Part shown: positions 1-9,391 of the stretch, piece by piece
Layout: every line of letters starts with the position of its first letter
Numbering within the stretch: position 1 is the stretch's first letter
Program-made: the position numbers and the translations under genes
Source of the DNA: a virus
Taxonomy: Duplodnaviria > Caudoviricetes
DNA length: 64,000 bases
Virus record (IMG/VR): IMGVR_UViG_3300032232_001064
Span: 1 to 64,000 of that record
Direction: 5' to 3' (one strand)
The notes under the pieces: generated by a model
Database searches by the model: none
Told to the model about the DNA's origin: nothing
What the model saw: the letters and a program-made list of their open reading frames with translations, nothing else

Positions 1-2
1 AG

Positions 3-1205
3 GGTGTCACTGGCGTGCAGGGTGTTACCGGTGTGCAGGGTGTCACAGGACCCATAGGCGTGACAGGGCCTGTTGGTGCGACAGGGCCTGTTGGCGTTAC
101 CGGTGTTCAGGGTGTCACTGGTGTGCAGGGTGTCACCGGTGTTCAAGGCGTTACCGGACCTACCGGGCCAATTTACAGACCTGGATACACGTTCTCCGCA
201 ACTACCAACGATGCTGATCCAGGTGGCGGAGTCTTTAAATTCAATAACGGACTCATCGGATCAGTTACAAACATCTTCATAGACAATGTCGATACCGGAA
301 ACGTGACACAGACATCGTGGTACGACATCTGGGACGATTCGACGTCTGCACTCAAAGGCGTGTTGACGTTTTTTACTTCAAACGCAACGACCGGCACTAT
401 TCAGTGCACCTTTAGAGTCGCCGGCACGGTTACGGTTGCTGCCGGATATTACAAAATTCCAGTCGCATTTGTAAGTGGAACATTGCCGACTGACAACACA
501 GTCTATTACATCAACTTTGACTCAAATGGAGACGCCGGTACGCAGGGTGTGACCGGGGCGACAGGTCCACAAGGAGCTGTTGGTGCTACTGGCGCTGGAG
601 TGTCTGGTGCAGCCGGCGCGGTAGGTGCGACGGGGCCCGCAGGCGCAACGGGTCCTGCCGGTGCGACTGGTCCGCAAGGTGTCACTGGACCAGACGGAGT
701 TACAGGTGTCACTGGCCCAGCAGGCGTGCAGGGTGTTACAGGTGCGACCGGTCCGCAGGGCACTATAGGCGCGACTGGTCCGCAGGGCACTGTAGGCGCG
801 ACTGGTCCTATCGGTCCTCAGGGGACAACCGGCGTTACTGGGCCAGCTGCCGGTGGCTCAATCACTTTTTCCATCATTGGACAGCCCATTGTCGGCAACG
901 GACCGCGATGGTACGCTCCAGTTTCTGGAACCATTCAGAAAGTAGTGCTTTCAGCCGGCGTGGCACCTATCGGCGGAACAGTTACAGCCGACGTGTTCAT
1001 CGACGAGTTCGATGCCGGTGGTTCAATTTTCACACCAAGTCCAATTCCCACTCTTACGAGCGGAATGTACTCAACCCATCCCGGGGTCACTCCAACAATC
1101 ACCTCATTCGTGAGTGGTGATTACTTTACGGTGCGTGTTTTAGCATCGGCAGGAACGATTGTTGGAAGCGACATCACGGTAACTATCACATACCTCGGAG
1201 TCTAA
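3..1205 (+). CDS. Collagen-like (Gly-X-Y) virion fibre protein, 5'-truncated by the window edge
   Basis: Frame open from position 3. Two Gly-X-Y tracts (GVTGVQ repeats at the start; [11 protein letters not shown] at ~535-855) flank a globular domain, with a C-terminal beta-rich domain. Confidence 0.85.
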   Translation, partial: GVTGVQGVTGVQGVTGPIGVTGPVGATGPVGVTGVQGVTGVQGVTGVQGVTGPTGPIYRPGYTFSATTNDADPGGGVFKFNNGLIGSVTNIFIDNVDTGNVTQTSWYDIWDDSTSALKGVLTFFTSNATTGTIQCTFRVAGTVTVAAGYYKIPVAFVSGTLPTDNTVYYINFDSNGDAGTQGVTGATGPQGAVGATGAGVSGAAGAVGATGPAGATGPAGATGPQGVTGPDGVTGVTGPAGVQGVTGATGPQGTIGATGPQGTVGATGPIGPQGTTGVTGPAAGGSITFSIIGQPIVGNGPRWYAPVSGTIQKVVLSAGVAPIGGTVTADVFIDEFDAGGSIFTPSPIPTLTSGMYSTHPGVTPTITSFVSGDYFTVRVLASAGTIVGSDITVTITYLGV

Positions 1206-1206
1206 G

Positions 1207-2052
1207 ATGCCTGGATTCACAAGTCGCGACAACATCATTTACAACAACACCGTTCTCGGTCAGCAAGAGTCCTATGGATTTTACAAAGTAGGAGCAGCGA
1301 CTACAGTTGTTGCTGGAAACTGGTATTCTCTTTGGACTTCAGCAGGACAGCCCGGGGTAGGAACAAACGTATCTGGCGCAACAATTTCCAATGTTGGCAG
1401 TCAGACAGCTGGCGCGATCTGGGTCAATGATCAAGCAGCGGCTTACAAGTTTCTGGTTTCTTTTGGAGCGACATCGACTCAACCGATCACGCTAATGCTG
1501 TACGACCGTCTTTCAGTTTCTGCAACACAGGCTTTAACTCCTGTCGGCAACCGTGCATTGACTGCAGCCTTGAGTAGCCCAAACCGCTATAACGGCGGCA
1601 CAGGCCAAGCACCCGCAGTAAATAACCAAGTATGGTTAGAGGTAACTACAGCAATAACTGGAACTGGAACTGTCACAGCACAGAACTACACAGCCGCAGA
1701 TGGCACAACCAATGCCGGCAGCGCTGTTCCGCTACCTGCGTTGGCTGTCACAGGAATGGTGCGGCTCGCCTTGAACGCCTCCAAGCGAGGAATTACTTCA
1801 ATGGGAACAGGTACAGTAGCTGCTTCCGCACTCAGCACAGCAACTATTACAGCTGGTGTTGCCAATGTTGTTTTGATTAGACCCATCGCGACAATCTCTC
1901 TCGCAACCAACCAGTGGAATGAAATTTCACTACTCGATGACACAATGGGTCTGCCACGTGTCTACGATGGCGCAACGCTCGGGCTTGCGTATCAGGCTGG
2001 TAGCACGGTCGGCCCGACAGTCCAAGGTTATCTAAACATGGTATGGGGATGA
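1207..2052 (+). CDS. Putative virion structural protein (281 aa, Thr/Ala/Gly-rich)
   Basis: Tightly packed after the collagen gene; beta-rich composition typical of tail/fibre accessory proteins. Confidence 0.6.
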   Translation: MPGFTSRDNIIYNNTVLGQQESYGFYKVGAATTVVAGNWYSLWTSAGQPGVGTNVSGATISNVGSQTAGAIWVNDQAAAYKFLVSFGATSTQPITLMLYDRLSVSATQALTPVGNRALTAALSSPNRYNGGTGQAPAVNNQVWLEVTTAITGTGTVTAQNYTAADGTTNAGSAVPLPALAVTGMVRLALNASKRGITSMGTGTVAASALSTATITAGVANVVLIRPIATISLATNQWNEISLLDDTMGLPRVYDGATLGLAYQAGSTVGPTVQGYLNMVWG

Positions 2053-2055
2053 ATT

Positions 2056-2358
2056 ATGAATCGCGGCCAGAGAAAAACTTTTCAAAGAACTCGTAAAAAG
2101 TTTAAAGTGGATCGTTTTGGTTACGATTCCACTTTACCGCTCACGCAGTTTCAGAGCATGGATCGAGGCATTAGCCAGAGTGTCTTTGGCTTGCCGAGTA
2201 ACGTTCTTCCTATGAGGTTTTATATGCAGTTGGCTTCTTTCTGGGGACAAGACATGACCCCTGGCTCAATTTCTACCTCTTTTCCATCTGGTCTTGTTGC
2301 TGGGCGTAGCGTCACCCAATCAGCAGGAACACAGTCTGTCAATTTGTTTCAGATCTAA
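2056..2358 (+). CDS. Hypothetical protein (100 aa)
   Basis: Fills the gap; its stop overlaps the next ATG (TAATG). Confidence 0.55.
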   Translation: MNRGQRKTFQRTRKKFKVDRFGYDSTLPLTQFQSMDRGISQSVFGLPSNVLPMRFYMQLASFWGQDMTPGSISTSFPSGLVAGRSVTQSAGTQSVNLFQI

Positions 2359-2762
2359 TGGCTACGTACACACTCGGCGTTCGATCAGCTGTTTCTGTTT
2401 CCGGCGCACCAGGAACTTCAAATGTGAGAATAAGAACCTCGACGTTGAACGCTTTTGATAAAGATTTGATCTTGTGTTTTCTCTATGCAAAAGGCGGCGA
2501 CACGTCGGGTCTTCCGTCTGGGTTTACCAGAATCGTCAACACCACTAATGTTAAGATTGGTTGGATTCGGTATCTTGCTTCAAACGCACCGTCTTCGTAC
2601 AGATGCACAGACGGCGACAATGATCAAGGAATTTTCATGCAGATGGTAACGTGCTTCACTGAAACGCTCGATAACACGTTCATCATCAACGGCACGGTCG
2701 GCGGTCCGGTCATCGCAAAAACGTCCGCTTTAGAAATCCACACACAAGCAACAGACACGTAA
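2358..2762 (+). CDS. Hypothetical virion-associated protein (134 aa)
   Basis: Translationally coupled; small beta-type sequence (GD-like 'DKDLILCFLY' strand). Confidence 0.55.
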   Translation: MATYTLGVRSAVSVSGAPGTSNVRIRTSTLNAFDKDLILCFLYAKGGDTSGLPSGFTRIVNTTNVKIGWIRYLASNAPSSYRCTDGDNDQGIFMQMVTCFTETLDNTFIINGTVGGPVIAKTSALEIHTQATDT

Positions 2763-2770
2763 GGATCGAA

Positions 2771-3238
2771 ATGGCAACTGGTCACTGGGTTACAAATAAA
2801 GGCAAGCTGTACATCGCTTCAGGCAACTTTGTTGACGCGAGCGGAACATGGCGAATGGGCTTGATCAAAGATGCGCAGCCGGCAGCGTACGACACACAAG
2901 CTGAAGTTCAACAACTGAACTTCGTAAGCGATCTCTTGTCAAGCGGAACCGGAACTGCGGTTGAAGCTACGTTCAGCGGATACGTGCGCAAAACTTTGGC
3001 TTCGCTGACTCTTGAAGAAGATGACACAAATAACCGCATCAACTTTAAAGCCACATCTGTGACTTGGACTGCAGCAGGAAGCGGCAACACTCTTTACGGT
3101 GCTTTCATCTATGACACTTCGGTAGGTTCTGCTGACACTTCATATCCGCTGATTTCCGTGGACTGGTTCATCACACCTGTAGCCACCAATGGCGGCGACG
3201 TCACCTACACCATCACGGATCTTTATCGGTTGACATAG
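2771..3238 (+). CDS. Small phage structural/minor tail protein (155 aa)
   Basis: AAGGA-type RBS; pattern 'EATFSGYVRKTL...DDTNNR..F.A.SVTW...YGAFIYD...TNGGD' typical of phage virion proteins. Confidence 0.7.
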   Translation: MATGHWVTNKGKLYIASGNFVDASGTWRMGLIKDAQPAAYDTQAEVQQLNFVSDLLSSGTGTAVEATFSGYVRKTLASLTLEEDDTNNRINFKATSVTWTAAGSGNTLYGAFIYDTSVGSADTSYPLISVDWFITPVATNGGDVTYTITDLYRLT

Positions 3239-3240
3239 TC

Positions 3241-3432
3241 ATGTCTGTCTATAAAGCTTTTGTGGATGGGGCTGAGGTTTGGTCACAAACGGTTGACTTT
3301 TATCAGGGTGTTGTGCTTTTCCCAGATCAATACTTGCATCGACCTTCTAGTGGTGAAATCACGTTGATGTTCGACGACGAGACTATCTCCGTTTTGCGAC
3401 CACTAGAAGTTGATGAACCGATAGGAGAATAG
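3241..3432 (+). CDS. Hypothetical protein (63 aa)
   Basis: Operon-like spacing between neighbours. Confidence 0.5.
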   Translation: MSVYKAFVDGAEVWSQTVDFYQGVVLFPDQYLHRPSSGEITLMFDDETISVLRPLEVDEPIGE

Positions 3433-3438
3433 TTCTTT

Positions 3439-3819
3439 ATGACTCTTGGCTTTTCAACGGCTGCAAGAGCCGCGCGGATGAATGCTCTGGCGACACAGGC
3501 TGGATCAAACGCATGGTTGAGAATATACTCGGGGACGCGTCCAGCTACAGGAGGGACTGCGACCACGCTTCTGGTTGAACTGCAATGTACGACAACGCTT
3601 GCTCCCACGACCTCTACCGCCACGATAACACTAAACCCTTTTTCGACTGCTCTTATCTTAAATAGTGGAACAGCAACTTGGTTTAGGATTGCAACTTCGG
3701 CAAGTGTTGCCGTGATAGACGGCCAGTACGGTACAGACTTACAAGGATCAACGGCAACATTTGTTCAAGGTAGTCAGACCGCATTAACCTCATTCACGTT
3801 GACAGACGGCAATCCATAA
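3439..3819 (+). CDS. Small phage virion protein (126 aa)
   Basis: Pattern 'LRIYSGTRPA...GTATWFRI...VIDG..G.DL...SFTLTDGN' of a common phage structural family. Confidence 0.7.
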   Translation: MTLGFSTAARAARMNALATQAGSNAWLRIYSGTRPATGGTATTLLVELQCTTTLAPTTSTATITLNPFSTALILNSGTATWFRIATSASVAVIDGQYGTDLQGSTATFVQGSQTALTSFTLTDGNP

Positions 3820-3840
3820 AATCTAAAAAAGGATGCCAGT

Positions 3841-5967
3841 ATGGCCTATCCCACATTTGTAGCGGCTTCAGCGCTTAGATCGACAGGAAACGGCTCTACT
3901 CTCTCAGCAGCTTGGCCGACCCATCAAATAGGTGACCTAGCCTTTTTAGCAGTTGAACGAGACACAGGAACAACCTCTCTTTCGACAGCGAACGGTTTTG
4001 TGATTTTTGGATCACAGATAACCGCCACAGGAACAACCTTGACAGTTTTCTACTGTCGTGCCACTTCGGCTGCAATGCCTGCTCCTGTTATTGCTTCTGG
4101 AACCGATCACCTTGCTGCTGTCATGGTGACGTTCAGAAACGCTGCGCTTCCTAGAATCAGTGCTACCTCTACAAAGAACACAGCGTCAACTAGTTTGACG
4201 ATGCCGTCGATCACAACAGAGATTGCAACAAGTCTTGTTGTTGGGTTCGCATCTACTTCTTTAGACAATGCTGGCAGCTGGGTCAGCGCCATAACAAACG
4301 CGAACCTGACAAGCATCACTGAACGTTTCGACAACGGAACAAGTTCTGGTAACGGTGGCGGTCTTCTTGTCTGGACCGGACAAAAGGCTGTCGCTGGGTC
4401 AACAGGAACCACGGCCGTCACTGTAACTTCTTCGACAAATGCCATGCTGACTTTGGCTTTGGCTGAAAGATTGCCGGGTTACGCCGTTAGCTATAGCAGC
4501 GGCCTAGGAACCGCGCCAACAATCGGTCTGGCTGTAACCTGGGACAGAGATTTAGATAACACCGGGTCAGGCACAATTGTCCAGGTCATAAGTGGAAACG
4601 CCGCTTCAGGACAAGTAATTGTTCAACCTAATGACATCGGCATTGACGGATCGCCGTATGGCGCAGGTGCTTCGATCTTCAGTGCTGGACTGGCTTGGCA
4701 AGCTCAAGTCACAGCAGTCGCTACAGAAGGTGTTCTTGCGTACCGCAGCACAGACATTGATTCTTTTTTTCCGGTAGATACAACTACTTCTACTGGGTCT
4801 GTAACTGTTTCCGCGACAGGCGTGACCATTGATGGTCAGGTTGGTTCGGTTAGTTTAGCTGGAAACGCTAACCCTGTTTCTCGGCTTATAACGGCGCAGC
4901 CCGGGACCCTATCTGTTGATGGTGGATCTACCTCTTGCACTATTGTTCTAAATCTTTTTATATATGGTTCTACAGCTACATTAAATGCTGTAACTCGTAC
5001 TGTAAGTGCAGATGGGCAATATTTGATTGGAGGCATGGACGGTGGAGACACCTACAATGTCTCATTTACAACCGTAACGAACAATATCGGATACTTTCCA
5101 AAGGAAGGCGACGTTTTAACCTTTGCTTCCATTGAAAACACTGGACTGGGAACCATAGTTGAAGTCGTTTCTTACGATGGTGTAAGCGGCGTTTTGCACA
5201 TTGATCCACTGAATGACACGCAGTCCGAAGAATCGGTTTCTGGTGCAACGATTGTCGATTTTGGTGGGTCTGGAGGTTGGCTCGCCAACTGCATCGGCTC
5301 TGTATTAAGAAACCAAAGACTGCGTAATGGTGATGCTTTTTATGGTGGCTTAAATAGCCTTAAAGCTTACGTTGAAGTAGTCGGTGTAGAAGGAGCCATA
5401 GATCCTGGTCTCTCTGCAGTCCCACAGTTCTTTGAGTCGTCTGTTGCTGATCTCGATTTTTCATCTTTAACAGCAGAAATACTTGGAAACTACTTAATAG
5501 AAAAAGCTGATCCAGATGATTTTCTTATTGAGGGAATTTCTGGAAACGTCTTGGTTCCACAACCACAAACCATAGACGCTCAATCAAGTGAACTCAGCTT
5601 TGACTCACCAGGCGGTGTAGTTAGGCTCGACACAGCTATCTCAGCTCAACCTGCACAAATCGGATTGACTCCTATTCGCGGTCGATACAACTATCGAACC
5701 GCAGATATCTACACGCCGCCGATTCCTGGCTACACTACAGACGCAAAGGCCATGGTGATCCGCTGGTTTGTCAGAACCGGAACGTCTGATACTTTTACAG
5801 TCCAGCCTGGTGTAACACCATTAACTGCTCAAACATCCGTTGGAATGTCAATAGTTACAGCAGAAAGATTTGACAGTTCAAAGGGAGCGAATTCGCTGTC
5901 CGCCACGCCTTCAACTGAATCTGGAGACGCCGGAAATAACTACGGCTTCACCATAATTATTCAGTAG
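3841..5967 (+). CDS. Modular minor tail/fibre-like protein (708 aa) with internal duplication
   Basis: Ser/Thr-rich beta modules; duplicated segment LDNTGSGTIVQV / IENTGLGTIVEV. Confidence 0.65.
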   Translation: MAYPTFVAASALRSTGNGSTLSAAWPTHQIGDLAFLAVERDTGTTSLSTANGFVIFGSQITATGTTLTVFYCRATSAAMPAPVIASGTDHLAAVMVTFRNAALPRISATSTKNTASTSLTMPSITTEIATSLVVGFASTSLDNAGSWVSAITNANLTSITERFDNGTSSGNGGGLLVWTGQKAVAGSTGTTAVTVTSSTNAMLTLALAERLPGYAVSYSSGLGTAPTIGLAVTWDRDLDNTGSGTIVQVISGNAASGQVIVQPNDIGIDGSPYGAGASIFSAGLAWQAQVTAVATEGVLAYRSTDIDSFFPVDTTTSTGSVTVSATGVTIDGQVGSVSLAGNANPVSRLITAQPGTLSVDGGSTSCTIVLNLFIYGSTATLNAVTRTVSADGQYLIGGMDGGDTYNVSFTTVTNNIGYFPKEGDVLTFASIENTGLGTIVEVVSYDGVSGVLHIDPLNDTQSEESVSGATIVDFGGSGGWLANCIGSVLRNQRLRNGDAFYGGLNSLKAYVEVVGVEGAIDPGLSAVPQFFESSVADLDFSSLTAEILGNYLIEKADPDDFLIEGISGNVLVPQPQTIDAQSSELSFDSPGGVVRLDTAISAQPAQIGLTPIRGRYNYRTADIYTPPIPGYTTDAKAMVIRWFVRTGTSDTFTVQPGVTPLTAQTSVGMSIVTAERFDSSKGANSLSATPSTESGDAGNNYGFTIIIQ

Positions 5968-6569
5968 CCAAAGAACGTTCCGTAGAACGCGCGCTGATCG
6001 CAGCCATTTTCTGGCGCCTTTCGCATGTCTTCAACAGTGCCGAAGCTGCCGAGCCATTGACACAGCGTATCCGCCTTTAGCTCGTGCGGGTGGCCAGGAT
6101 GCGGTGGAATGTCGATCCACTCAAACAACCGCACCGTTCGAGCAAGAGTGCGCGCGTTATGAATGACGCGTGCCGGGTCCTCTGTATGCTGAAGAACGTT
6201 GTAAATCCATGCCTCGTCAAATCGAACGCCTTGTAGCGCAGTAACCTCGCTAAGTGTTTCACCAGGCTCAGAGACGAATTCAACGCCAGCGACTTCATAT
6301 CTGGTTCTAATCCATGCTGGGAAATTGCACGGATCCGCAACAACGCGTCGACCGCCGCTGTGGCACTTGAGAAGAATCGATGTAGGACCGCCACCGATGT
6401 CAATCACTGACTTTCCAGCGAGATCATAGTACGGCCAATGCTCGCCGTCTGTAATGTTGACCATCCCCATACGATGCGCATAGGTGATCTGCTTCGTTTC
6501 CTCAGCAAACGTGTTGGTGCAGTCGCCCCACCATTTCCGCTCGTACTCTTGATTCTCATGCCATGTCAT
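5961..6569 (-). CDS. Class I SAM-dependent methyltransferase (small-molecule/sugar type)
   Basis: Motif I 'VIDIGGGP', acidic 'VVADP', and 'YNVLQHTEDP' typical of Methyltransf_11/23-like enzymes. Confidence 0.8.
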   Translation of the reverse strand: MTWHENQEYERKWWGDCTNTFAEETKQITYAHRMGMVNITDGEHWPYYDLAGKSVIDIGGGPTSILLKCHSGGRRVVADPCNFPAWIRTRYEVAGVEFVSEPGETLSEVTALQGVRFDEAWIYNVLQHTEDPARVIHNARTLARTVRLFEWIDIPPHPGHPHELKADTLCQWLGSFGTVEDMRKAPENGCDQRAFYGTFFGY

Positions 6570-6637
6570 GATTGAATACTACATTGGTTTAGCAGACAAA
6601 TGCGTTCTCAAAAGAGTGTTCCATGTAGAATATTTCC

Positions 6638-7738
6638 ATGGGTCGCATTCATCTTGTTGGGTTGCCGCATACACAGTTCGATGACGTAAACTTTTCATTC
6701 TGCGCATTCACAGCAAAGGCCGTGAGACTTGCGCGAATGCTTCGAGCTGCAGGACGCGAAGTTGTAGTCTACTGGGGCGGTGACATGGCCGATGTCTCGC
6801 TTCTTTCCGTCGAAGAACAGCAAAAATACTTCGGCACTTGGGAACCTAACCAATTGCCGTCGATTGAATGGAACGGAAAATTGCCATACTGGCAACAGTT
6901 TCACGTTCGCGCACTGGGCGCAATAAACGATCGACTAGACGGTGACGACATCATCGGTTTTATCGGCGGATCAATCTCTTATGAGCTAATTGACCGTTTC
7001 AAGCAGACCCATACAGTGATTGAACCAGGAGTTGGATATGAAGGTATCCACTTGGACACGTTCGCCTGTTATGAGTCATACGCTTGGATGCATAATCGCT
7101 ATGGCGCATATAACATCGGAGACGGTCGCGCGTTTGATACTGTGATTCCGAACGCTGTTGTTCCGGATGAGTGGGAAATGTCGGAATCGAAAGGATATGC
7201 GCTTTTCGTAGGGCGACTGATCTCACGAAAAGGCCCGCACGCTGCAGCCCGCATTGCGAATGAGTCTGGACTAAAGCTTCTTCTTGCTGGCGGTGGAGTC
7301 GCAAGCCAAGAGCCAGGGCGCATCGTGGCAACAGACGGCACAATTATTGAAGGTGATGTCGAGCATGTTGGTGCTGTTGTAGGAGACGCGCGGCGCAAAT
7401 TGTTTGCAGGCGCCGAAGTATTTATTTGTCCGACGCTCTACATCGGCCCGTGGGAAGGCGTGCACGCCGAGGCGATGATGTCAGGCGTCGGCGTTGCTGC
7501 ACCTGACTACGGCGTATTCACTGAAACATTGCCAGAGGTGAATCGGTATCGGTCGCTACGACAAGCGCTTGTCAGTGTTGAAAATGCAAGAGCGACACGA
7601 GGCGAGGAATGGCGTCAGCGCGCGATCGACATCTGTGGGACAGAAGTTTGCACAGCAAAATACGATAAGTGGATCGACCAGTTAGAATCTCTTCGCGGTG
7701 GCCGACTCGGCTGGTACGACCTTTCACCGTCTCGATAA
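6638..7738 (+). CDS. GT-B glycosyltransferase (GT4-like)
   Basis: 'LFVGRLISRKG', 'PTLYIGPWEGVHAEAMMSG..V...DYGVFTE' nucleotide-sugar-binding region. Confidence 0.85.
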   Translation: MGRIHLVGLPHTQFDDVNFSFCAFTAKAVRLARMLRAAGREVVVYWGGDMADVSLLSVEEQQKYFGTWEPNQLPSIEWNGKLPYWQQFHVRALGAINDRLDGDDIIGFIGGSISYELIDRFKQTHTVIEPGVGYEGIHLDTFACYESYAWMHNRYGAYNIGDGRAFDTVIPNAVVPDEWEMSESKGYALFVGRLISRKGPHAAARIANESGLKLLLAGGGVASQEPGRIVATDGTIIEGDVEHVGAVVGDARRKLFAGAEVFICPTLYIGPWEGVHAEAMMSGVGVAAPDYGVFTETLPEVNRYRSLRQALVSVENARATRGEEWRQRAIDICGTEVCTAKYDKWIDQLESLRGGRLGWYDLSPSR

Positions 7739-7780
7739 AAGACACCCAACTACGCGCACTGACAACTGGAGACAGAGAAA

Positions 7781-7933
7781 ATGAAAGACCTGCAGCTCGA
7801 CATCAACAACATTGTTAGCAGCTTGACTCGGCAGATCTCAGAACAAGCACAAAAGATCGCTGTTCTTGAGGCGACTGTCGACGCTCTCAACAACGAGCTC
7901 GACTCGATTGAACAGTCGACGGACGAAGATTAG
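7781..7933 (+). CDS. Small coiled-coil protein (50 aa; not in ORF track)
   Basis: ATG at 7781 after GGAGA; reads MKDLQLDINNIVSSLTRQISEQAQKIAVLEATVDALNNELDSIEQSTDED*, heptad pattern. Confidence 0.55.
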   Translation: MKDLQLDINNIVSSLTRQISEQAQKIAVLEATVDALNNELDSIEQSTDED

Positions 7934-8409
7934 TCTGGCTTTTTAGCCTTATTTTTAGCCTTGGCGCGCGCGGTGTGATACGCGGTAACGGCGTTCGCGC
8001 TTGTGCGACTTCTCCAAGTGAACTCGCATTCTTCGCACTTGACTAGCTTCATTGTCGCCCAGCGGCCACCTTCAGGCGTCGGTGCAATGACGACAACTAG
8101 CTTCGACGGTCGCGCGCCGCAGTACGGGCAATTTGGAAAGCGAGTTCGACGCACCTCTTTGCCGTCAAATGTGACCGACAGTGCGCGTCGTATCTCAGCT
8201 TCGTCCTTACCGCCCCAAACGCCCCAAAGTTCTTTGTTTTCCAGAGCGTACTTAAGACACTTGTCACGGACGGGACAAGAAAAGCACAGGTTGCGCGCGT
8301 CGTATTTTTCTCGCGGGACGCTTGAGAAAAACAGTGGAGCCATGTGTTTGTTTTCCGGCTGCGCGCAGGTACCGGACTCTTGCCACGAGTGATCTCTTAT
8401 TCCTGCCAC
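7930..8409 (-). CDS. whiB: WhiB-family Fe-S transcription factor with C-terminal zinc ribbon
   Basis: Four Cys (C-x-C..C-x5-C) plus 'WGVWGG' turn; extra CPYC...CEEC.F.W ribbon. Confidence 0.9.
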   Translation of the reverse strand: MAGIRDHSWQESGTCAQPENKHMAPLFFSSVPREKYDARNLCFSCPVRDKCLKYALENKELWGVWGGKDEAEIRRALSVTFDGKEVRRTRFPNCPYCGARPSKLVVVIAPTPEGGRWATMKLVKCEECEFTWRSRTSANAVTAYHTARAKAKNKAKKPD

Positions 8410-8744
8410 CGGAGCTCCGCCAACGTGATCTCAAAGAGGTCGTCGGTCGTATCTCCGTTGTAGGTCATTCCATCGTCGTCGCACAGTGACAGATCAAGTG
8501 AATCGTCGACATATCCCGCATATGTAAATGTAATGTCGGCAGATTCGGCAAGCTTGTAGCCTTCTCCAAGCGTAACCGCAATTCCGTCACGCTGAAGAGC
8601 TGAAGCAAGCGCACGCTTTACTACATCGTGCTCAATATCGACGTGGGTCAGCGTGTAATACGCGGTTGATGAATCCGAAAGCTCGCCGAAACTGTCTCCA
8701 GTCCACTCGAGCCAGAGCGATTCACCAATTCTTGAATCTTTCAT
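8397..8744 (-). CDS. Hypothetical acidic protein (115 aa)
   Basis: ORF overlapping whiB start; upstream TACAAT element. Confidence 0.6.
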   Translation of the reverse strand: MKDSRIGESLWLEWTGDSFGELSDSSTAYYTLTHVDIEHDVVKRALASALQRDGIAVTLGEGYKLAESADITFTYAGYVDDSLDLSLCDDDGMTYNGDTTDDLFEITLAELRWQE

Positions 8745-8844
8745 GGTAAGAGGTATTGTATACCGTACGGCGGTCGAACTAGCGCCATATCGACATGCAA
8801 ATGCGCCTCGTTGAAGGGCTTAGAGAGGGACAGAGGGCCTCTAA

Positions 8845-9351
8845 TTACGGGGCAAACCCGTCCTGATGCGGCCACACGTACTCGTAGGTTGCCGGCGCGG
8901 TGCCGCTGTCCTCGGCCCATCCGAACTGGCTGTACCAGTCGTAGTTTTTGCACAGCAACGCTGTCCGATGCGACGAACACAGCGTCTCGAAGTACGCTTT
9001 GTCAGTCATCCACGGCGGGAGAACCATTGCCGAGTCGATGCGGCCAAGCTGCACAGCAGTGTCGTAGGTATGCAAGATTTTTGGCAACATGGTCGACTTG
9101 TAGCCGCGCGACTTCCATTCGACGTACGTTGCTGCCATGTACGCGACAAACGCGGATTCGTAGCCTCGCCACATTCGAACGACAGGATGCGTCGTCCAGC
9201 CTTTTGGCGTCCGGTGATTTCCATCGGGATCTAGCTCGGTGATCGTCAGCAGACACTGCCACGCTTCGAGCGTTTGCTTGTGCAAGCGTTTGTTGTCGAG
9301 CACTGATGCTGTCTCGACAAACGAGTCGGTAGAGATGAGAAAAGACTGCAA
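8845..9351 (-). CDS. Pyrimidine-dimer DNA glycosylase/endonuclease V-like (MSMEG_6728-type) protein
   Basis: 'LDNKRLHKQTLEA.Q', 'HP...MWRGYE', 'SHRTALL.K..DWY' motifs; TTG start after AAGGAG. Confidence 0.8.
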   Translation of the reverse strand: MQSFLISTDSFVETASVLDNKRLHKQTLEAWQCLLTITELDPDGNHRTPKGWTTHPVVRMWRGYESAFVAYMAATYVEWKSRGYKSTMLPKILHTYDTAVQLGRIDSAMVLPPWMTDKAYFETLCSSHRTALLCKNYDWYSQFGWAEDSGTAPATYEYVWPHQDGFAP

Positions 9352-9391
9352 GCGTCACTCCTTGTTTGCGTCGTTGCGTTGAAACTATATA

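Noticed and set aside
506-790. Antisense Pro/Val/Ala-rich ORFs over collagen repeats (also 16390-17079 and 16462-16752 over the AP repeat)
   Set aside because: Shadow frames produced by repetitive GC-rich coding sequence on the other strand.
1-860. Short DNA repeats as CRISPR array or eukaryotic collagen contamination
   Set aside because: They are degenerate 9/18-nt codon repeats inside an intronless phage-type ORF with no unique spacers.
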